DNA from: Williopsis jadinii
Taxonomy: Eukaryota
Direction of reading: 5' to 3'
Length of the DNA: 64,000 nucleotides
Assembly: GCA_024346625.1 (NCBI GenBank)
Contig: AP024665.1
Span: forward strand, 558,001-622,000
The position numbers and the translations under genes were made by a program. Shown here piece after piece: positions 33,232-43,281 of this stretch. Every line of letters starts with the position of its first letter. Position 1 is the first letter of the stretch. The notes under the pieces are model-generated. The model saw only the letters and a program-made list of their open reading frames with translations, did not search any database and was not told the DNA's origin.

Positions 33232-34077
33232 ATGATTCAACAGATGTTACAGCCAGGACAAAATCAAAAGCACATCATGCTACCGGATCCTGTTGCCAGC
33301 TCATTGACGACGCCCATTCCTTCCAGATCCACCACACCAGCACAAAAGTTTTCTCTGCCTCCAATTAGAGAGCTCTTGAAGGATACACAAAGCAGATACA
33401 ATAACGAACCGCAACCGTCACACCGTCAGTTGCACCCATATCCCCAACCGCAACCGCAACCGCAACCTCAGCCTTTTTTACACCCAATTCAACAGACTCA
33501 GGTCCAGTCTCAGTACATTACACATCCACCATTTCCACCAGTGGCTTCTCAATATTATCAGCAAACACCACAACATGCACCATCTCAGTATGCAGTCAAC
33601 CCTTCATCTCCTCTGGTTGTTAGTGCGCCTGGTTCCCAAGTCCACTCTCCAATAGGATACGATGCTTCCATGGGACCCGCATCAAGGCCCCATATGAGTC
33701 AACAGCAGCATATCCAGCACCAACAACAAATCTCTGCCTTTGAGCAACATCGTTATCATCAAATAGAGTTCGATAACCGTGTACGGGTCCACGATGCTGA
33801 AATAATGAGCAAAAATATGGGATCACACACAGCTGTGAATGGTGGTCGTAAGAAACGCCAAAATTTACCACGACAAACAACGTTGATTCTATTAAGTTGG
33901 CTTTCTGACCATTTGGATCGTCCATATCCAAATTCTAGAGAGAAATACGATCTACTTATGAAGACACGTTTGACCATCCAGCAATTGGATAACTGGTTTA
34001 TTAACGCAAGAAGAAGAAAGATAGCCATTCTACGAAAGTTAAAAGAGAACGATCAAAGTATAGCACTTTCATTATAA
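33232..34077 (+). CDS. CUP9: TALE-class homeodomain transcriptional repressor, CUP9/TOS8 family
   Basis: C-terminal RKKRQNLP....IL..WL..H...PYP...EK..L...T.LT..QL.NWFINARRRKI. LPPIRELL motif and a Q/P-rich N-terminus. Confidence 0.85.
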   Translation: MIQQMLQPGQNQKHIMLPDPVASSLTTPIPSRSTTPAQKFSLPPIRELLKDTQSRYNNEPQPSHRQLHPYPQPQPQPQPQPFLHPIQQTQVQSQYITHPPFPPVASQYYQQTPQHAPSQYAVNPSSPLVVSAPGSQVHSPIGYDASMGPASRPHMSQQQHIQHQQQISAFEQHRYHQIEFDNRVRVHDAEIMSKNMGSHTAVNGGRKKRQNLPRQTTLILLSWLSDHLDRPYPNSREKYDLLMKTRLTIQQLDNWFINARRRKIAILRKLKENDQSIALSL

Positions 34078-37000
34078 GGTCAATGACTGCTTTTTACGAG
34101 AAGTGCAAGATGATTCGAACCAAGTAGAGACTAGACTGGATTCTAGCTACTGAGATGGCGTCTGACATTCCCGTTGCATACATACATTCAAATGAACAGA
34201 TAAAATAGAAACACTAAGCTTTCATCTGATTTGATGTACCAGTGTATTCTGGGAAATACCGTAGATGTGAAATCGCCAGCTCTGCGACAAGAATGGTGGA
34301 AGAACAACGACAGGTTTAAAGTGAAGCTTATACAGTTGGCTTGCTTTTTACAAATATGGGTTTATGGACCGTGGTTCTTTTCCATTAATTTGCGGAAGAT
34401 TTATCTATGTGTCTGAGCTGTATATTACATAGAGTACATATATCACAGTTTGACAAGCTTACAGGATGTCGATGTAATTGTTTCGAGTTGCAACTGTAAA
34501 CTAAGAATATTGGGTCATTAACGAACCTTGATAGACAAAACTACCCGTGCATTTTTACAGCATTTCCAACTTCTACGATATACCGCGCCATCTGCTGTGC
34601 TATTGTGTCTTGGGTTTTTATAGGACAGAAACAGGGAGTCAAGGAACTGCACACAACTATACTGTAGATATCAGTTAGCCATCACATGTATTCATAGTAA
34701 GTGGACAAGCTGGCACACTAGCGTTCGCCAAAGAATACAAATGATGCACTATTGTGAGTTAAACCTTACTGGAAAAAGAGTTCAAATTCTAATTTTGAGT
34801 GTTCAGATCGTTGTATTGTGTGATATGTCAACTTAGAATCATACAAACTACCGGTAATCTCGTGTGTTTCATGTCCAGAATTTTAATAGACATCTTTACT
34901 TATAATGTGTAGGCAATTCATGTTAACTTGCGACAAGGATTTTCCAGCAACAGGTCCAAGGCTTTTTTTTTTGTCTGTGGCAAACTGCCATAGTCTCAGC
35001 CCGGGCAGGTATTCTAACGGCCGAAGACGCTTATCTCCCAGGTAGTCAACTTTCAAGGTTCAGCTTTACACTACAATCTGAGTTTGAAGCGCATGAAATG
35101 TCATAAGATAGAAGTTAGGTACAGCACACACAGCTCTGTAGCTTTACGAGAATTTATTCTACCGTTAAAAAATCGCAACTCAATGAGCGGCTAATAGTAC
35201 CACCATATTTGTATGCCCAATGTTTCCCGATAAACAAAGTTTGACCGCAAACATAGCCCAGGTCATTGTCTGCAGTGTGCACAATACTGAAATGGGAACG
35301 TTGGTTTTTCAAGTTGCTAAGCCATTTTACTTCGAAATGCCACGAGTTTCCTTACTAGTACCAATGTCGTTGTAATTTAGGAATCTAGGTCTGTAGAGTA
35401 TTAAAGCACTTGTGTCACATGAGGTGTATTAAAACACGCCCTTGCTCAAATGGCCAAAAAACAACTGAAACTGGATGCATCAAACAAAGTCCTAGTAATG
35501 ACCCATTGAATAAGAGCCGTTTCTCCTTGGTCCAATTACATCAGGTTTCAGCTCATGTGAGATTATTATCAGGCTTATCGTTGACAACCTCCCGACTCTG
35601 GATCCAAGTTAGATAATTGGGGAAAATGTTTCACTGTGTATGACGTCTGTAGAACTGGTATTGGAACGTACGTATGTACGACCGTAGGGTGCATATGTAT
35701 CAAAATCCTTTGAGATTTCATAAATGTTAGAAGATTGCATATTCCAAGCGGGATATAGATTTGATCCTATTTTTGTTTTTCAAGTCCTAACTGACCCCCA
35801 CCTGACTCCTGTCTGTTCTCACATCTCTCTATAGTTAACAGAGATACTTTGACGTGCAGATCGGCGCAATGCGTCTGAAACGTTAAACAACGACCACATT
35901 TCTGAAAAAAAAAACGCCTCAATTGTTGACGCCTTTTTCAGGATTTACGTCAGCCTTTGAGGCTTTAGACCATGGGCCCATAAGCAGTGAAAAGCGAAGT
36001 TCAAACAGCCAACTACTGTTTCTGCTCTTAACTCCTTGGGAAGTACATACATATCAGTACATACATATATGAGGCATACGTAATTAATATCACCCTGGTG
36101 ACCATAACTGAGTCATTGGACAGTCTCTGGATCAGAAACCACATATCTGTCACCCCATAGCTTCAAAGAATCCAGTATAGTGTATTGCCCGCGGGTGCGA
36201 TGATAACGAGATATCAGGATTTGTAGGGCCGTAAGAAATTCATCTGAAATAAGACAATTCACACGATGTATGCTTCATTCATTTGACATCTACAATTTGG
36301 ATTCGGAATAAGCATCAAACTTTTCTCTATTGAAGTAGTGTGCTTTTTTCAATCCCCGTATTAGACACATGTAGATTGATATTGTTGTGATTTTAGTTTG
36401 TAATTTGTCAATTTTGAAGACTGCTTCCTGGGCTGTGGCTACTCTGAAATCCGAATTCGAATTCTGAAGCATCGTCTGCGATAACATCGTAGGCTTATGC
36501 TGTGCGTCTAATGTGGGCATATCATTACCGGTAAGCAAAGCAGGGAACACTCCAATAAGTTTCCTGTCCACATGAACTCCCAGCAATTCATTGATACCAA
36601 GGGAAATCACTTGACCTCAACACCTATAAACATGTTCATTGGTAATGACCTAGTTTAACCGTTTCTATTCTTACTTGGTTATGAATGTTTTCGTCTGATA
36701 TTCGCACGTTCTAATCGCTGAGTATTATTACATAATGAGGCAATTGATAGACACGCTGGAGAGCCCAGGATACTCTAATGATATAACTGCATGGAGTTGT
36801 TCACACATGTGCTAAGGTTTGTTCTGTTAAATTCATATCGATGAATACTGGTGAACTGAGGTCTGTTCTGTAAACTGGTTATCTGCCTCCTGAAATTATT
36901 CTTCGTAATTGCACACAGGTCACAGTAATTGACGATACAATGTTGGTACTTTTCTCTATTTGTTCTGTTTTTGCATGTGCCTCGTCGTAAAAGCAGTCAG

Positions 37001-39003
37001 TATCTATAAGTCACCTCCTACCAGATTTGAGACTATCTGCCTCACATTTCAATTATATTGAGTGATCTCAAAAAGTGCTATATATGGACATTGGAATTCA
37101 GGTATGTGTAGATAACTCGACGAAGCAAGTTGAAAGTATGTGAGGGTTGCAATAATAAAAAACTAATCCAACATACATATGTATGATGCATTTCCGTAGC
37201 ATTTACCTATCTGAATCCCCAAATGGGCAATCTTTTAGCGGCTATACATCGCAACAGTTCTCTTGATAGATCTCAGCTTAAGCGCCCATAAATGACTTTT
37301 TTTTGATGCTGCGCTTTTCATGCACGCCCTGGGAATTAAACTACGATGATCTTTGTTGTATTGATTATGTTCATAAAAGGGAGGCTTCAACGGTGATGCG
37401 TGTTTCTGTCGGTGAGTTTCGAGTCACTTCTAGTATTGTGCTATTTTTTCTTGTAGACATCCTTATCGTAATATGTCCCACTATAGCAGCCATCAGAGTC
37501 CTGATCATCAAGGTGTCGTTTCCAGTTCCCAATTCCAGTTCCTGTAGCCCACAACCTCCCTTAGAGTTTGCAAAAACAAAATGAAACAAAGTGAAAAAAG
37601 TCTCGATTGTACAACTTGGTATAATCCCCCCTATATCTAGGTTACATATTGCATACGTCAGGCTGAACTTTAGCCTTTGTCACCAATTTCTGAATCGTAC
37701 CACCGGCAATACGCACGTCTTTTGGACTCTGAAGTAATTTGAGCCGTCGCGTCACACAGGAGTAGGGTTGTACAAGGGACTAACTTTACCCTCCATGAAG
37801 TATGATGGTGCTGAAGTTTGATAAAATAATCTGAGACGCTCAGCCACTTGCATATTGTATCATATGACCCTAACCCTAAAAAATGAAGCATACATAATTC
37901 AGAGGTTGGGCGTACGAGGTCCATTAACTAAAACATCCACCTCACTAAAGCTTGATAGACTAATAGATGGTAGTTTTCCCTACTATCTTCTAGAATTATC
38001 TTTATATGTGACACGTGGTATGATACCCTCTTTTACTGATTAAATATAGAACTTTCCAGTTTCAACCAGTTTGTAATTCCAGACTCTTGTTTATTCGATA
38101 AAGTAACATGTGTCTTTTTCCTCCTTTTTTTGTCCTCCCACTGCCCCCTAACTTCAGAAACATTCTACTCGGCGGCAAACACTTTGTAGATCACGAACGT
38201 AATGTAAACATATGTAAGTACGAAGTTTGAACCTGTACATAACTATACTCTTAAGACTTGTAAAGAGTAGTATGTGGTATGTATGTGCAACAGATCACAA
38301 GCTTAAGCATGCAGTAACATAACATACGGATATCTCCAACCCTGCACTGCGCACGCTGCACTGTGACCGTTAAAAACTTCCTTGGATGTCAAGTCGAATT
38401 ATGGATGCCTCTTTCATGACCTGTCCCGCTCAGCAAAGCAATATTTGAAATCTAGAATGGTTCATGATACAGTCCCGAAGTGACAGACATTCAACTCTCA
38501 GGTTTGCAGTCACCTAATGGAAGACTTCTCGCCATGATTCTTCGCAAATAAGGTAAACCACGGGAATTTTTCGCGTTGCGATCATCAAATAAACACTCCG
38601 AACTCCATTATCCAGTGCAAAAGGGACTATCCATCAAGGGTGATTCGGTCACGATGTATCGGTGATGGGAGGTAATAAGATGATGTTTTTTACGTAGTTC
38701 GTAAAGGTAGTAATGAGTTTGTATACAAAGCTCTTAAAACTAAAGGCTTGTACTTATATGTGCATGTATTATTTAACACTTTTCCGAAATCGCCTATATC
38801 ATATATGTCGTTAATTTGTACATTTGCGACATGATTTGTGCATGCGTTCAGCAGAGCTCAGACTACTTGAAAGTTGAAGACAGGCTCCATGTAATGAAGT
38901 ATACAACAACCATTTAGACTTTTCAGATCTTATTTATGTTTGTTGAAGTCATGACTGGATCAAAAAAGGTATTAAACTCGAAGACAGAATATGTGAAGCA
39001 TTT
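34078..39003. other. ~4.9 kb gene-free region between two convergent 3' ends
   Basis: Only short non-conserved-looking ORFs. Unusually long for a convergent (terminator-terminator) interval. Confidence 0.65.
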
Positions 39004-40299
39004 TTACTTATCCTTTTTAATGAAGTAATCCATGTCGCCCATCAAGAACATTGAAACGTTCATGAAGATCTCACAATTGTCATAAAACATGTTCAAAACA
39101 GATGGCGTTGGGATCTTCAACCTCTTCGCTATATCTCGGGACATAACATCCAGCATTTCGTCGTACTCCCTCATTGTTAACTTCCTGCTGCTCTTCATCA
39201 CGAGTTTCTTCTTTGCAAAGTTGATCCCACATTTAGATGTTTGGTACACTGGAAGAAACTTTGTCTTGGTCACTTTTATAATCCTTGTTAATTCAGCCCC
39301 GACAGTGATTATTCCAAAATTCACATTTGGGAACTGCTCGTTCAAGTCATCAACGATCTTTTGACGGATCTCTTTAGGTACAACACCATTTTCGTGCATA
39401 CCTATATACTTCAGCATGCTACGAGACAACGCTGTAGTGTATTCAGCGCTCCATCGGATTTTCTTCTCAGTGGCCTTCTTTGAGGAGCCTTTTTTCCTTG
39501 TCTTTCGGAGATGTTGATCATAGCCATCAGCTTTGACACTCTTTTCATCCCCAGTCTTGTCAGTATCACTATTGGAGTATTTTGAGGGCAAAGCTCCTCC
39601 TGGCTCACCATTGAAGCTGCCATCTGCAAAGTCACTCTGTGATTTAGACCCAGTCGACAACGCATCAATTTTTGTCTGTTGTGATTGCACTCCAGGCTGC
39701 ACCTGTGCTTGAACTTGGGGCTGATATTGAAACGTCGATATATCAGGAACGCTAATTCCATCGCTCACCACTTTTAGCCTCTGCTCCAACATATTTCTAT
39801 GATACTGTGCCATCAAGATTTCATGATCAACCATCATCATCTGATGATGGATCTGCCGAACGTTGTTATCCATCATCACTCGCTGCTGGTGTAAAGTACG
39901 CACCTTATCCTCGATCATAATCTTCTGTTCTTGTATTTGTCTCGCTAACAATTCCTTCAACGTTGTCTCTCTAGTGATTCCGTGTTCATTAGGCCGTTGT
40001 GTAGAGTCTCCCACAGAAACAACGCTAGGCTTCCGCGTTGCTAATTCCAAAAATATCTCAGCAATATCATCTGTACTTTCAGTGTCTTTGTCTCTGCTGT
40101 TAGCATTATTGTAGTTGTTGGTTCGTGATTGATCTGTTGTTGTGACTGTTGTTGTTGCTACAGATGCTGGCAGTGGTGGTGGCCTTAAGGTTGTTGACGG
40201 TAATGAACACGCCTGAGATTCTGTTACGCGTCCATTCGATGGTGGAGTTGTATACTGTGTCCACTTCGTAGGAAACACTCCCATTAATGGATTCTGCAT
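39004..40299 (-). CDS. Orphan protein: low-complexity N-terminus, predicted coiled coil, C-terminal Myb/SANT-like domain
   Basis: 431-aa ATG-initiated ORF with heptad-like LKELLARQIQEQK..LEQRLKV, a basic NLS-like segment, and IRWSAEY...L...ML...I...LNEQFPNV. Confidence 0.7.
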   Translation of the reverse strand: MQNPLMGVFPTKWTQYTTPPSNGRVTESQACSLPSTTLRPPPLPASVATTTVTTTDQSRTNNYNNANSRDKDTESTDDIAEIFLELATRKPSVVSVGDSTQRPNEHGITRETTLKELLARQIQEQKIMIEDKVRTLHQQRVMMDNNVRQIHHQMMMVDHEILMAQYHRNMLEQRLKVVSDGISVPDISTFQYQPQVQAQVQPGVQSQQTKIDALSTGSKSQSDFADGSFNGEPGGALPSKYSNSDTDKTGDEKSVKADGYDQHLRKTRKKGSSKKATEKKIRWSAEYTTALSRSMLKYIGMHENGVVPKEIRQKIVDDLNEQFPNVNFGIITVGAELTRIIKVTKTKFLPVYQTSKCGINFAKKKLVMKSSRKLTMREYDEMLDVMSRDIAKRLKIPTPSVLNMFYDNCEIFMNVSMFLMGDMDYFIKKDK

Positions 40300-43281
40300 T
40301 TTGGAATAATTTGTTTATTCCCTGTTCTTTTGAATGGTTACGTCCAAAAGGAGTTGAATTCCACATGTAAGTTCAATGTTTTTTTTCCCAATTGTCCGCA
40401 TGGGAAATGGATCAATGTCTCAACTAGCGTTCGAGAAAAGAGATTGATCATTTTGACTGAAAGCTAAAGCAATTGAGATTTCTCACATAGATTCATATAA
40501 TGGAGAGTCAACATAATGTAGCTGGGTATATGTGAAAAGTTTCCCTTCTGGGTAGATTTCTGTGTTCAAAGACATAGTTGAAGCTAATTCCAGCCTCAGT
40601 TTCCTGCAACACCCTTTACACCAATTTGTTTTTTTACTACAGAAGACGGATAATAACCTTCATCGGTGAAATAACCAGTTAAGTTGTAGTTGTTGTTATT
40701 AATGTTACTAAAATGGATATGACTTTACAAAGCTACTCTTTCTCTGGTCGAAATAAGGTATATTCTAAAGGCTTTCAACTAATGATGATGAACCTTTGTT
40801 CCAAGCTTACTTGAGTCCCTTTTAGCTAGAATCAACGAGCAGTAAGAAGGTCTCAATCAATACTCAGATCTTGTTTCAATTTCATATTGTTAAATTTGTT
40901 ATCATTGTTCATTCATTCAATATAGTCACGAAAAGGGGTCTCATCAACTGAACTCGGTGAATATTTGAATGGACATTGTCAAGCTCAGACCCAACACATG
41001 ACGTATTGAAAACAGTATTTTTTTACCTCAAGTTTATATTGTTTCATTAGATGATTGGCCTCCTATATAATCAAAACATAACTTCTTGACACGGTTTTAA
41101 GCAGTTCAGCTTCGAATGGGTGTAAATTGTTGTTTTTGAGATACATTTTTAAAGGCGTATATTCTGAGCACTCTTAATAACGTTGGTGGGAATGACCGAT
41201 AAAAATCACTCCATTGAGAGAGCTTAAGCCCAAAGTCTTCACTTTATAGAGGATTAGAATATATAGCTATTCTATATCTTGTCTCACAGCTCGTATAATA
41301 GGGTCCTCTGCCGAAGCCAAATATCACTAAATGTTTTTTCCTATGACATAACACTGAAAATCAACTCTATAATAGCTTCTAGATTGTGGTATCTAGTGGA
41401 TGCACTGAATCCAAAACTCCCACATCACAGCTATCAGCTTATAAAAGAAACTGTAATATGATAGCCAAATTTATAACACGAGTAAGAAATGTGAAGAAAT
41501 ACTCTAGGACTTCTAAACATTTTAAGCAGTGAATAGTAATGATTTGTAGTTATTGTTGATTGAGTAATCAGTTAATCTTATCAACTCTTGATATATTCCA
41601 CATAATAGCAGAGGTATCAAAACCCCTAATAAGAGCTCAGAAAATGGATCTTAGCGTACGCATTATTGAGTAAGTAGTGTTAAATGATTGTAACTTTTGT
41701 TTAGCGACACTAATAAATAGCAATCTTCACTACAATCACAGTTTCGGTGTTTTTGTAGTAATGGTTACTTGGTATATCTTTAAAATATCACATTGACGGT
41801 GTCTAAATACTATGGGTCATGAACCAACATTTTTTTAGGATATGCCTCAACTAGTCCATTATATAAAGACGCTTATTATAACACCTGTGTGCGGGGCTCT
41901 GTCCTCGAATCTTCAGGTTAATTAAGTCCTCTATGTGCATACTGTTATAATGCAGCAGTCTAACTCAAAATGACAGCGCACTACATGGATTATCTATTGT
42001 TGATCTAGTCTTGTACTCAAGCGTCTGAAACTAAATACTCTTAACATTGAAGATTTTTGTTGTTGAATAAAATACCGATAATGATTTGAAATAGGTCAAT
42101 TTGGGCTTCGGGATTCTTTGTATAATTTTCTGGAATTAATTGTTTCTTCATTCTGCAATAGAAAATTCGGCAACCAGGACACAACAAAATGATAGTTTAA
42201 TTTTTAAGCAATTATACTAAGAAGGAACTACATGCAATGGAAATTATTCCTATTATCACCACGCAAGATCTGATGTTTCATGTCACATATTTTTCAATGT
42301 GTCATAATCTATATGTCCAATAACTCCTGTTTATAGGTTACCAGACAGGAGTCTGCTCTTGTCGAACTGCGTCTGGATCCACCAAGATTCTCGGCAATGG
42401 TACTCTGTGTTATCTACAACATTGTATTTACAGAAACTACAATCTACTTAATACCCATTACGTATATGAGATATTACTTGTGATACATATCAAGGATCAA
42501 TCCAGCCATTTCTAACCATAAATGGGATTCGGATATCTGATGTGAAATATACACCCGTACAACCAAAAAAAAACCCTAACATCCGCATTTGGAGCCACCT
42601 CTCCGGCGCGCGGCATGGCTCTGCGTGATAAGGAAAGAAAAAGTGACAGGTGTGGCACCGCTCCAAGGTCAAATAGAGAAGCACCCACACATTTACTTGG
42701 AATTGTGGCTTTTCACTTTTACAAATGTTTGGGGCATGTTTTGTGAGAGAACTAGGAAAGTTGTAGTTGTGTAAGATTATATGTATCAATGACTATAAGC
42801 TCGATTGATATCTGCTGAGTTGACAGGTTAGCTTCATATTCTGTGACATTCGCATTTTACACCAACTGTTGATGTAGATCTTTTTTTCAGTTTTAGCGTT
42901 GCTTCACATTGCTAGGAGGTTGGACGAAAACAAACAAACAAATAACTTGCCAATTCTCCACAATTGTTAAGCGTATTTGACAGGGAAGGTAATAGCACAG
43001 TTCTAATGGGCGAAGATATTTTGTCTTGCCCGTCAAAGTCCAAAAAAAGAAAGTCGGCGCTTCAGTGCACCGTTTTAACCATCACACCGAACACAAAGGT
43101 CCCGATTGAAAAACACACTTCAGTCGGAAGGGGAGAGACAAGCAGAGAGGTGAGAAAAACAAACAGAGAGAACAAAATATAACCTCGTTTTGTTCGAACG
43201 CTCTCTTGTACCATTTACTTTACTTTTTTGTTTCATACTGAATGAGCTGGTTTGTTGGAAGTGATTGAAGTACTAAAGCAA
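40300..43281. other. ~3 kb AT-rich divergent intergenic region; appears to be the lowest-GC stretch of the window
   Basis: Hand counts give 18/60 and 15/60 G+C for lines 41461 and 41521. No credible ORF. Confidence 0.6.

Noticed and set aside
38770..38792. TTTTCCGAAA resembling a point-centromere CDEIII core
   Set aside because: Lacks the TGTTT(T/A)TG left half, a properly spaced RTCACRTG and a very AT-rich CDEII. This lineage is not expected to have point centromeres.
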